In this document: in pieces, positions 9,049 through 18,293 of the stretch
How positions within the stretch are numbered: the stretch's first letter is position 1
Layout of the letters: each line of letters opens with the position of its first letter
Origin: Candidatus Atabeyarchaeum deiterrae
Lineage (GTDB): Archaea; Asgardarchaeota; Atabeyarchaeia; Atabeyarchaeales; Atabeyarchaeaceae
Direction: 5' to 3'
DNA: 64,000 nucleotides
Assembly (NCBI GenBank): GCA_037310415.1
Contig: CP147780.1
Location: 896,001-960,000 of the forward strand
Program-made: the position numbers and the translations under genes
The notes under the pieces: model-generated
What the model saw: the letters and a program-made list of their open reading frames with translations, nothing else
What the model was told of the DNA's origin: nothing
Database searches by the model: none

Positions 9049-10608
9049 ATGGTTCCCGACCCATATGTAATGCTACCGATAATAATCTCAGCCGTCTCAG
9101 CGATAGTAACATTCACCTTGGGATCACTAGGTGAGCGATACAAGGTCAGAGGAATACCCGAAGTCATAAGTTTCATTGGGCTAGGTGCGACGTTCTGCTC
9201 CGTCATTTTCCTCATTTCCAGGTCTTGGTTCCAAGTGATCACCTTCTCTTACCTTGGTTTCGGACCTCCTTCTGGCGCTCTCATCGAGGCTGATGCCCTC
9301 AGTCTCTTCATGGCAATAATCTTCTCCGGGCTAGGTCTGATAGTCTCAATATACTCGATCGGCTACATGAAACATGACACGGGATTGCCAAAATATTATT
9401 CATTGTTGCAGCTTCTTGTCATGGGAATGATTGGGGTAGTCTTCGCAGGCGACCTCTTCACGCTATTTGTCTTCTTCGAAATGATGGCGATCGCCACCTA
9501 TGTCCTCGTCTCCTTCAGAAAATCGCAATGGGAACCGGTCGAAGCCGGAATGAAGTATCTATTCATGGGTGCCGTAGGCAGTACCACAGTCCTTTATGCA
9601 ATATCATTCCTATACGGAATCACTGGAACCCTCAACATTGCAGACATCGGCAAAGCGATGCAAGGAATGGATCTTGCAACTAAGCTGTCGACGACCCCAT
9701 TGATTGTTTTCTTGATTGTTCTACTCGTTGTAGGCTTTGGTGTGAAAGCAGCCATTGTTCCGTCTCACACATGGCTGATAGATGCACACCCAGCTGCTCC
9801 GAGTGGAATATCGGCGATGTTGTCTGGAGTGGTCATCAAGGTAGCAGCCATTGCACTTTTCAGAGTGTTGTTCGTGGTGTTCTACCCAATTGCAGTAGGT
9901 CCAGAAGTTGCGATCCTAGATTGGCGCCCGCTTATCGGGTTCATAGCAATAATCACAATGATTGTTGCCTCAATCTCGGCGCTAGTGCAGAGTGACTTAA
10001 AACGGCTGCTCGCATATTCCAGCATCTTGAACATGGGATATATTTTCATAGGTTTTGCTGTAGTGTCCTCTACTGACAGTTATTTGGGTGTAACGGCAAG
10101 TCTATTCCAGATCCTTAATCACGCTATTGCTAAAGGGCTCCTCTTCTTATGCGCAGGAGCATTCCTTCACGCAGCGAAAACGAGAGACTTAACGGAGCTG
10201 AGTGGCATTGGCAAGAAGATGCCTCTGACTGCACTGGCTTTTGGCATTGGAGCTTTCGCAATAGCTGGGGTTCCTCCGCTCAACGGTTTCTACAGCAAGA
10301 TACTCCTGCTTTGGTCAGCCGCACAGTTTGGAGGATTTCTGGGATACTCCCTGTTGGCATTCGGATTGTTCAGCAGCGCTATCGCGGTCTACTTCTATCT
10401 TAGAATCGTCCAGGTGATCGCTTTCGGAGACCCGTCAAGAAAAGTGGCGAATGTGAAGGAGACTCCAAGATCAATGCTAATAGCCATATGGACGCTCGCA
10501 GCATTATGCATAATAATAGGCGTATTTCCAAAGCCGTTCTTCGACTTCGTCCAACAAGCAGCCACGGCACTTACCGGGATATGGAGTTATATTGGCGCGG
10601 TCCCTTAG
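9049..10608 (+). CDS. NuoN/MrpD-like antiporter subunit
   Basis: EAGMKY, KAAIVPSHTWLIDAHPAAPS, KRLLAYSS. Confidence 0.9.
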   Translation: MVPDPYVMLPIIISAVSAIVTFTLGSLGERYKVRGIPEVISFIGLGATFCSVIFLISRSWFQVITFSYLGFGPPSGALIEADALSLFMAIIFSGLGLIVSIYSIGYMKHDTGLPKYYSLLQLLVMGMIGVVFAGDLFTLFVFFEMMAIATYVLVSFRKSQWEPVEAGMKYLFMGAVGSTTVLYAISFLYGITGTLNIADIGKAMQGMDLATKLSTTPLIVFLIVLLVVGFGVKAAIVPSHTWLIDAHPAAPSGISAMLSGVVIKVAAIALFRVLFVVFYPIAVGPEVAILDWRPLIGFIAIITMIVASISALVQSDLKRLLAYSSILNMGYIFIGFAVVSSTDSYLGVTASLFQILNHAIAKGLLFLCAGAFLHAAKTRDLTELSGIGKKMPLTALAFGIGAFAIAGVPPLNGFYSKILLLWSAAQFGGFLGYSLLAFGLFSSAIAVYFYLRIVQVIAFGDPSRKVANVKETPRSMLIAIWTLAALCIIIGVFPKPFFDFVQQAATALTGIWSYIGAVP

Positions 10609-10766
10609 GGACCACCACATCCCTCTTTTGTGCGTCAAGACCATTTTGAGCCGATCCAGGAAGGTTAATTGCCGATCTTGGGCAGGTTGTAATCTGCTAA
10701 GCAGTCAGAAGGCAGTTTCTGCGAACAAAAAGTTGGATCATTATCTGCATATGAAGTACTGGGACT

Positions 10767-11084
10767 GTGGCGTTAATTACCTTGAGCAAGAAACCGCGTC
10801 GTTCACGACGGCAAGTCCAAATACCAAGTATCTACAGATATTTCGTTCTCGGTCTTCTCCTTCCAGCGATGGTGATTGTCTGCATGATTCTTGGCTACAA
10901 GTATGGTCTAGCGTTCAGCGGGTTCTACGCCGCAGTGTATGCCGCACTGGGAAGCGTGGTGGGCCTAGTTATAGCGACCGCGATAATTGTCGAGACGGTT
11001 CTCTATTGGGACAAGCACATGTTGGCTACCATTAAGCAACGCCAAGTAAGAAAGTCAGTAGCAAGGAAATACAAGCGCGAATAA
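10767..11084 (+). CDS. Small 2-TM membrane protein
   Basis: Two hydrophobic helices with basic termini. Confidence 0.55.
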   Translation: MALITLSKKPRRSRRQVQIPSIYRYFVLGLLLPAMVIVCMILGYKYGLAFSGFYAAVYAALGSVVGLVIATAIIVETVLYWDKHMLATIKQRQVRKSVARKYKRE

Positions 11085-11242
11085 TATGGTGGGGCTCGGG
11101 GCTTGATAAGAGCGATTGTCACTCTTCACGAAATCAACTTGATAATTAGACAATTTATAAATAAGTAGAGACGAGAAAAGGGAAATTTATATATTCTGGA
11201 GCGGCTTCTGAGCGCGCGCTCTTGTTAATTTCCTTTGTTTTT

Positions 11243-11450
11243 TCATTTTGCAAACTCCAGCGCTTGTTTTATGAAGTATCGGAGTGCGTCTTTGTTTACA
11301 TCTTTTAGATCTTTGATTTTCACGTGTTTTGATACTTTTCCTACTCCCTGAAGCAAGCCATATTTGTCCTCAAACTCCGCACCCCGCGAAAAAGCAAAGA
11401 TAATGTCTTTCTTGGTTGGGCTTATGACAGCGAGTATCCGGTAGGTAAAA
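11243..11450 (-). pseudogene. C-terminal fragment of a DUF1801/YdhG-like protein
   Basis: FAFSRGAEFEDKYGLLQGVGKVSKHVKI resembles DUF1801; no plausible N-terminal half. Confidence 0.55.
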
Positions 11451-11607
11451 TGAATCAAAACCTTTGTAGTAATCCTATGGCTCTGCGCTGACAGGAACAC
11501 AACAGCGCACTATTCTTTGATCCATTTTTGTACCCACCTGCCCAGCTTCCATACACAGATAGTTGTTATAGGAGAGTAAATGTTATGTTAAGAAGGTGAT
11601 TGATATT

Positions 11608-11691
11608 ATGGTTAGAAAATGCAAACCTAGGAAAGGTGAAAGCAAAGCAAATCTTAAGTTGAGAAATCTTAGGAGAAAACAGCGCGCATAA
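11608..11691 (+). CDS. 27-aa basic micro-ORF
   Basis: SD AAGGTGAT upstream; MVRKCKPRKGESKANLKLRNLRRKQRA. Confidence 0.35.
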   Translation: MVRKCKPRKGESKANLKLRNLRRKQRA

Positions 11692-11906
11692 CGCGTGAAT
11701 GATTCTCGTTTTCTGTTACTGGAACGCTTTTATGCTGTGGGCGAGTTCTGGTCTATTCATCTTGTGGGCTGTTATGGCTGCGGCTAGGATGACGCGCGCG
11801 TGTACTCACTATCAAGCAAAAATACGAGCCATAGCTAGTTAGCTTCTATCTTTGTGTATGGAAATTTATGCAGATAATGTTTCTGCAACTTTAAGAGGGG
11901 ATAGGT

Positions 11907-12044
11907 ATGATTGAAAAGAAAGAGGATAGTAAGAAAAAGGAAAGAAGAAAGCATGATCAGCGTAGGTGGCGAGACTCAGCAGATTATCGTAGGGGAAAGC
12001 AACATACTGATTATCGTAAAGGAAAGAGATCATCTTGTAGGTGA
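11907..12044 (+). CDS. 45-aa basic micro-ORF with DYR(R/K)GK repeat
   Basis: SD-like GAGGGG upstream; internal repeat GATTATCGTA..GGAAAG x2. Confidence 0.4.
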   Translation: MIEKKEDSKKKERRKHDQRRWRDSADYRRGKQHTDYRKGKRSSCR

Positions 12045-12050
12045 ATTGAT

Positions 12051-12197
12051 ATGACTAAGAAGAAGGGGAAAAAAACTTATAAGAACGGTAACAAGACGTG
12101 TTGGGAGGTATGTCGTGATCCCGATAAGCCGAAGGCTGGGGAATGTACTACCGTAGGGGGAGAGGTAGTATGTATTCCTGAGATGGAAACTAGATAG
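12051..12197 (+). CDS. 48-aa basic, 4-Cys micro-ORF
   Basis: SD AGGTGA; MTKKKGKKTYKNGNKTCWEVCRD...ECTTVGGEVVCIPE. Confidence 0.45.
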   Translation: MTKKKGKKTYKNGNKTCWEVCRDPDKPKAGECTTVGGEVVCIPEMETR

Positions 12198-12370
12198 TAT
12201 ATAGTGGTATCATTAAGAGGGGGATAGAGGGCTATCTGAGAGGGTTATCTTAATGGGCTTAAGGCTATAGGCTTAATAAAACTACTAAGTTGGTTGAAGG
12301 CTATATCAAGGGGGGAGGGTATTAATGGGACGGGGATAAGCGATGGCGCGCGCTTAGAGGTGTGCATAAT

Positions 12371-12568
12371 ATGCAACCTAAGATAAAATACAAATGTCTT
12401 AACTGTTCGAGGGTGTGGGGAGATTTGGATAAGTATGATGTAGAGGTTGATCGATATTACTGTTCTAAGTGTTCGGATTACACGGATGAAATGAGTGACG
12501 GTCATGTGAGTAGAGTAGGGGATAGCCCCAAAATTCCTAGTGCGCGCTCAAATAATAATGACCATTGA
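12371..12568 (+). CDS. Small C4 zinc-ribbon protein
   Basis: CLNC...CSKC; SD GAGGTG. Confidence 0.5.
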   Translation: MQPKIKYKCLNCSRVWGDLDKYDVEVDRYYCSKCSDYTDEMSDGHVSRVGDSPKIPSARSNNNDH

Positions 12569-12922
12569 CTTACTAAGGCATCTGTCCAATTCTTCTTTCG
12601 AGGTACCAAGATCAGCCACAAGCTTTCTGACGACGTCTTTAAACTTTTCATCTATCAAATGCCTTCTTAAACATTCATCATCTACTTTTACAGAACCACC
12701 GTAGTCGAGATAGCATGGATACATTACACATTGGAGAGGTCTGAAGGACTGATCATTTGCAAAACATCTTTTATTCACATAATAAGGGCAGTCACTTTAG
12801 AATCATACACCTTCTCTCTGGAACACAGCATCTTCAAAATAGATGATCTTCCACTCTTCACCTGTAAAGAAAGAACCATGGAGTTCGTCTTCGCAATGGC
12901 TATCACAATTGAACTTTTCCAT
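12548..12922 (-). pseudogene. YkgJ/UPF0153-like Cys-cluster protein with two in-frame stops
   Basis: MEKFNCDSHC...EGV*F*SDCPYYVNKRC...RPLQCVMYP; stops at 12803-12805 (TGA) and 12797-12799 (TAA). Confidence 0.5.
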
Positions 12923-13280
12923 CTACAAACTCACCAAGATTATGCTGAATATCCCGAACACGATATTGACGTCGTTTACCATTTATGAATCCTCCCCAAC
13001 ACGCCAATGATCAAGTTCACGACATTTATGATCGACACCGAGGTTGACAGGTAACCGAATTTCAGTTGGAACATCCAAAACACCGTACCAATGAAATAGA
13101 TAGCACAACTTTTCTCTTGAACCTCTTTGCGATCTCATCTAATTCTCTCTTGGTGAATCTGCCTTCATATTGGATCCTCGCTTTGGCTGTGTCCTTAATA
13201 TTGTCTCCATTGATCATCCATATCTTCCATGTTTTGACTTTCCTATGTATCGACATTTCGACACTCTGAATAGAAAAAGG

Positions 13281-13298
13281 GAGTAGCATATGCTACTC
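13281..13298. repeat. Perfect 18-bp palindrome GAGTAGCATATGCTACTC
   Basis: Seen directly; followed by CCTTTTT on the minus strand (terminator-like), at the right edge of the AT-rich region. Confidence 0.6.
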
Positions 13299-13453
13299 AG
13301 CTCACGACGAGGAGCTAGATACTAAGCTATTACAGCAATATCCGTGAGAGTTAGGAATCGCCCGTGCATTTTAGTTACCGGAGAATTTCAATGGTGTTTA
13401 AAAGCGAGGGTCGCCTATTGTCCTTGCTAAAACCGACAACGAGGAAGTTAGAT

Positions 13454-13741
13454 TTGTCCAGAGAATCAAATATCATATACGTGGGTACAAACCCCCCGAT
13501 GGATTACGTCTTGTGGATTATTAGAGGTTTCAGCGGGCCAAACGTCAAAGAAGTCACTGTGAAGGCGAGAGGACACGCGATATCTACTGCAGTCGACGCT
13601 GTCGAGATAACCAGAAACAGATTGATGGAAGGCTTGGAGATAAGCAATATCACTATAGGTACCGAAGAAATGCCGCCCAGAGAAGGCGAAGGCAGAGCCA
13701 GGATGGTTTCAACGATCCAAATCATTCTGACACGAAAGTAG
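13454..13741 (+). CDS. alba: Alba DNA/RNA-binding protein
   Basis: IYVG..P.MDYV, VKARG.AIS.AVDAVEI, IGTEE, VSTIQI. Confidence 0.9.
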   Translation: MSRESNIIYVGTNPPMDYVLWIIRGFSGPNVKEVTVKARGHAISTAVDAVEITRNRLMEGLEISNITIGTEEMPPREGEGRARMVSTIQIILTRK

Positions 13742-14443
13742 ACTGAATAGTACATACTTGGTAAGATACTTCTTCAATTCCTTCTCGTTAAACCTCTTGT
13801 CGAATCGATTCGGCTTGACAAACTTGTGGCCTGCACTGTCTCAAGGAAATTCCAAAAAACCATACATAAGAAGCAAACACTCATCCTATGACCGAGCCAA
13901 GTAATAGCTCACTCAGAGAACACCTGAGTATTATCAAGTACCAGATTCAGTATGCCAAAATGAAACTCAATCACTGCAATTGCCTCGCCGATTACAACAG
14001 CTATCAGTCGCAAATAGAGCCTCTTCAAGAAGAGCTCAAGCTACTAAAATAGGTGTCTTGACTGCCTTCTCCCTATTTAGATAGAACTAGAATAGCAGGA
14101 GACTCTTAGATTAGTACCATCCGTTCTCTTTCTTTGCCATCCGCTGTGTCACGTATATCCATGTACCTGTTGATCTCCTTCCAGCGGGCGTGTGGTGCGG
14201 ACTCACACTAACGCGTTTAGGACCAGTTTGAAGTGTGATCGAAACTTCTTTCCAACCCCATACCCTTAAATATCTGAAAAAGCTTTGAGGGACAGGTTGC
14301 TGAAGGCACGTTCTCTTTCTAGAAAGGCTCGGAAACCTTGCGGAAATGTGATGCAGGATGTTCTTTGATGCCTTTTTCAGGAGAAGAGTGTACTCTACAG
14401 CTTGCATAAAGAAAAACGAACTGAGTAAGGTGTGAAGAAAAAG

Positions 14444-14755
14444 ATGTCTTACAGAAGAGGTTCAGGCGGCGGCTTCCGCGGTGGTTACGGCGGTGGCGAA
14501 GGCAGGTCTTTCGCACCCAAACCCGTCGAAGTGGGCAAAGTATACGACCTTGAAGTAACCGACACCAGTAAACGTGGTGAAGGTGTAGCGAAATACGAGG
14601 GACTCGTGGTTTTCATCCCAGGCGCGAAACCTGGACAGAAACTTAAGGTTAAGATAACCCGAGTTGGCCAACGCTTTGCCATCGGCGAACCGGCTGGAGC
14701 TGGCGGAGAAGAAGAAGCCGAGGAAACCGGCGTTAAGACAGCAGAAGATGAGTAA
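14444..14755 (+). CDS. Single TRAM-domain RNA chaperone
   Basis: PKPVEVGKVYDLEV...GEGVAKYEGLVVFIPG...RFAIGE; Gly/Arg-rich N-terminus and acidic tail. Confidence 0.9.
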   Translation: MSYRRGSGGGFRGGYGGGEGRSFAPKPVEVGKVYDLEVTDTSKRGEGVAKYEGLVVFIPGAKPGQKLKVKITRVGQRFAIGEPAGAGGEEEAEETGVKTAEDE

Positions 14756-15446
14756 GCTCTCTAGAACCAAGGCTTGCGAGAGCAACTCTCAGTAGGTTGT
14801 GAAGGTAAGGCGATACGGCGAATTCTCTTTTTTGACCGGCAACCTTACTATTTTTTTTGAGACCCTGCTGGCTAAGATGACCCCATAGGTAAATATGACT
14901 TTGATTGAAGTTTAGTGGTTTGAGATTCGATAACGTGTCTATGTGAAGTCCTATTATCTTACTCTTTCCTCTACGCATGGACTCCTCTACTCTCTTTTTC
15001 ATTCCTCGCTGATGTTGTGAAGGGCACGCGCCTATTCGCCCACCCAAGGAGCACTATGGCTTCGCATCTAGACCATCCTCGATCGCGCTAAGCGCGCGAT
15101 TAGCGCGCTTATAAAGTGTTCAAGGGTCCGCGATTTCTTGCTACAGTCAAAAAATCAATAGCATCAAGAGCGCTAAGAATAACTCTATCTGCAAGTAAAG
15201 AAATTGTGATAGCGCACACCAATTAGCTGACGCGAGATACTCTCTTCGATCTTTCCGAGCCGGTTATTACGCGAGTAATAAAAGAGTGGAGACCCCCATA
15301 CTAAGAAGCAGACTGGGTGCGTGTTTCAAAGCAAGTTTCTTCGATGTCGATAATATCGCGTTTCCCAGAGCTTATAAATAGGTAACAATCACTATCTCAA
15401 TACGTCACCGCCAGATCCGTAGAGGCCGCAGGAGGCCACAAGGAGA

Positions 15447-16514
15447 TTGTACATCAGAAACCCACGAAGATACGCCTACCTGAATGCGAAAATCAGGGCA
15501 TTGATCTCCAAGATGCTGAGCGCAGGAGACTACGAAAAAATCTTGCAGGCGGACTCGTTTGAGGAAAGCATGAGATCACTAGGTGCGACACCTACTGGTG
15601 GCGAACTTGTTGAGGTGCTGACGAAGACACCAGTGGACCTATTCGAGATTGACCAAGCTTTGACCAAGGCTCTTGTTTCAACCTTCAACATGATCTGCCG
15701 GTATACTCCGACCCAAGCTAGGCGTTTCTTGGAGACCTACATTAAGAAGATTGACATAGATGGGTTGAAGACAGTCATTCGAGCAGTTCAAAACAGAATA
15801 CCGAAAGCCGAAGCTATGAAATCGATTATAACTACCTCGACAAAGACAAGCGATGAATTCGGAAAGCTGCTGGATTCACAGTCAATCGTACAGCTTATCG
15901 AAGAAGTTCAGGATCGATCTCTAAAAGCAGCACTCACCAAAGCGCTTCCCGCATATGAATCCACTCATTCAACAGTTCCTCTGGAATCAGCACTTGACAA
16001 AGTCCTCTACAAATCGCTCTGGCTACTGATCAAGAAGAAACTTGGGCAAATAGACAGAACTCACGCTCAGAACCTGATTGGCGCAAGGGTTGATCTGAGC
16101 AACATGGTAGTCGCCCTTCGTTGGAAGCAGCTGAGCTTGCCGCCCACTGTGCTGGAGTTTCTCATAATACCAATGAAGCACAAGCTTCGTCTTAATCTAG
16201 ACGAAATGGCGAAAGCACGCACCGTCGGTGAGCTTCTCAACACATTTGCCTCAACTGGATACAAAGAAGTAGTTCAACAGGCGCGCGAGCTATATGAGAA
16301 AGAACCTGATTTGACTCAGGTTGAGAGCTTGGCTGACCGTTATATTGCCCATCGGAGTTTCAAAGAGTTTACAGGTTACTCTTTTCACATCGGAATTGCA
16401 TTGGCATACCTAAACCTTAAATTCTATGAGCTACGTAACATCAAAGCGGTGATAATCGGTAAGTATGAGAAAATCCCGATTCAAAAGATACGAAATATCT
16501 TAACGTTCTTCTAG
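15447..16514 (+). CDS. atpC: A/V-type ATP synthase subunit C
   Basis: YAYLNAKIRA...L, C-terminal YL.LK.YE.RNIK.V..GK. Confidence 0.88.
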   Translation: MYIRNPRRYAYLNAKIRALISKMLSAGDYEKILQADSFEESMRSLGATPTGGELVEVLTKTPVDLFEIDQALTKALVSTFNMICRYTPTQARRFLETYIKKIDIDGLKTVIRAVQNRIPKAEAMKSIITTSTKTSDEFGKLLDSQSIVQLIEEVQDRSLKAALTKALPAYESTHSTVPLESALDKVLYKSLWLLIKKKLGQIDRTHAQNLIGARVDLSNMVVALRWKQLSLPPTVLEFLIIPMKHKLRLNLDEMAKARTVGELLNTFASTGYKEVVQQARELYEKEPDLTQVESLADRYIAHRSFKEFTGYSFHIGIALAYLNLKFYELRNIKAVIIGKYEKIPIQKIRNILTFF

Positions 16515-16567
16515 GACAAGTATGCAAGCCTCTGATTGCGGCACAAGTAGGAGGTGTAGGAAAAACA

Positions 16568-16918
16568 ATGAAAAATAAGGGAAAGAACACTAAACCCTTC
16601 ATTACACGGAGAACTTTGATATTGCTGTCGGCGTCAGTCTTGTTGACCACAATATCGGCGACCTTCGTCTTAGTTAATGCCCAGACCCCTGGAGACACCA
16701 TGTATAAAGGTCTGATCGGTGTCGGAGTCGGATTAGCAATGGGTCTGGCTGGTCTCGGTGCTGGATTGGGCATGGGATCAGCTGGTGCAGCTGCGGTCGG
16801 TGCTATAAGTGAGCGTCCAGAAGTCTTCGGTAAAGCGATGATCTTCATTGTATTCATTGAAGCCATCGGTATCTACGGTCTTCTGATCGCATTCTTGCTC
16901 ATCGGACAGATGGCCTAG
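16568..16918 (+). CDS. atpK: A/V-type ATP synthase proteolipid subunit K
   Basis: Gly-rich helix, ERPE, FIEAIGIYG; N-terminal leader. Confidence 0.92.
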   Translation: MKNKGKNTKPFITRRTLILLSASVLLTTISATFVLVNAQTPGDTMYKGLIGVGVGLAMGLAGLGAGLGMGSAGAAAVGAISERPEVFGKAMIFIVFIEAIGIYGLLIAFLLIGQMA

Positions 16919-17040
16919 ATTGTAGGTCATTCCTTCCCCTTTTTGGTGGGTTCTATTTTTCGATTTCGACTTGAACGCTCTAAATAGAGAACATGGCAAG
17001 AATGTAAACCGTGTGAATGAAAGTGGCTATAAGAACAAGC

Positions 17041-17721
17041 CTACTCGAACAATACCTTAGCCACTCTAATCCTGATGTTTCGGATTATTCGTTCAATTCT
17101 GCCCTCGAAAGTATTATCAATCATGATACTTCCGTCGGCTTTTCTGACAATCGCCCCACCAATCGAACTGGAAGCACCTTGGGCGAGCTTTATCGCCGTG
17201 CTCTTTCCTGTTGACTTCTCCACACGCTTGGCAATACTGGCTAGGTCGACACTGACTTTGGTCCCCTTTCCTGCGACGACCACCTCTAATTCTCCACCGC
17301 CTAAACCCTCTGCACCTTCCTCTATCAATTTGCCAAGAACATCAATGTATTCCCTAGAAGATGTCAATCCGTGTAGCTTCTCTTTGGTTTTCAGGATAGC
17401 CTCATTGATTAGGTCCTCTCTTGCTGCAATAATAATCTGTTTTGCTTTTAGCCTAGCTTCGGCCGCTTTCTGCCTCTTTAGCGAGTCAGCTTCCTCTGTC
17501 CCACTACGAGTGATTTTGTCGGCTTCGATTTCCCCTTCTTTCCTCTTATCCTCCAAAATCTGTTTTCTCGCCTTCTCGGCCTCTTTGGTGATCTCTCGAG
17601 CTTTTTCTTCTGCTTCATCCATGATTCTTTTCTCGATTTTCTTCAGTCGCTCGGGTTCGCCTACGACTTCCATCTTATTGATCTTGCCTTCAATCGATTC
17701 AGCTGTCTCTGTCTTGCTCAT
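17041..17721 (-). CDS. atpE: A/V-type ATP synthase subunit E
   Basis: Coiled coil plus IGG.IV...DG.I.IDNTFE.R. Confidence 0.9.
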   Translation of the reverse strand: MSKTETAESIEGKINKMEVVGEPERLKKIEKRIMDEAEEKAREITKEAEKARKQILEDKRKEGEIEADKITRSGTEEADSLKRQKAAEARLKAKQIIIAAREDLINEAILKTKEKLHGLTSSREYIDVLGKLIEEGAEGLGGGELEVVVAGKGTKVSVDLASIAKRVEKSTGKSTAIKLAQGASSSIGGAIVRKADGSIMIDNTFEGRIERIIRNIRIRVAKVLFE

Positions 17722-17740
17722 GATTCCTCACCAAACAAGT

Positions 17741-18052
17741 CTATTCGCCTATAACCATCTTAACTACAGCGTCGGCGGCACTTGGTAAGTGGGACGAGGT
17801 TTTACTCTTGAATTCATCGACTTCCTTTTTCGCTTTATTGATTATGTCCACGCTTTCTTTCTCGATCTCTTTCTCTTTCTTCTTTCTATAGTCAAACACC
17901 TTCTTGTGGGCATCGTCAATCGATTGCTTCTTCGTTACGTCCCCTTCTTCGACTGCTTTTTTCTTGCTAGACTCGGCCTTCTTTGTAGCGTTTCTGATGA
18001 TTTCATCGGCCCGGCTTTCAATTTCTCTTATTGCTTCCAAGGCGTTTGGCAA
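17741..18052 (-). CDS. A/V-type ATP synthase subunit H/G
   Basis: Charged coiled coil, LEAIREIE.RA; co-oriented with atpE. Confidence 0.8.
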   Translation of the reverse strand: MPNALEAIREIESRADEIIRNATKKAESSKKKAVEEGDVTKKQSIDDAHKKVFDYRKKKEKEIEKESVDIINKAKKEVDEFKSKTSSHLPSAADAVVKMVIGE

Positions 18053-18293
18053 CGTGATCACCCTTTCAGCCCTCGGCGTGTTCAACGACTCAGAATATCT
18101 TATTTGATCTATTTATAAGTTTTTCAGCTGACATTGGCAAATGATAGGGCGAAAAGGCAGCATCTTTCGAACTTGCATGCAGAAAGCTTAAATCTTAATT
18201 ATTATCGACATGATAACGCTTCAATGACTGATTATGCATATTTCGGAACACCTAACGAGAGCCTTCTCGAACCCAACACGGAGCGAATCCAAT

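Noticed and set aside
11685-11777. Integron attC site (GCATAAC...GTTATGG)
   Set aside because: L-box spacing does not fit, there is no array of similar sites and no integrase.
12797-12805. In-frame TGA in the YkgJ-like gene as selenocysteine
   Set aside because: A TAA follows two codons later and no SECIS is seen; a pseudogene is the simpler explanation.
17075-17788. Long antisense ORFs (also 55105..55803, 63282..63953 and others)
   Set aside because: They are shadows of well-supported genes on the opposite strand.
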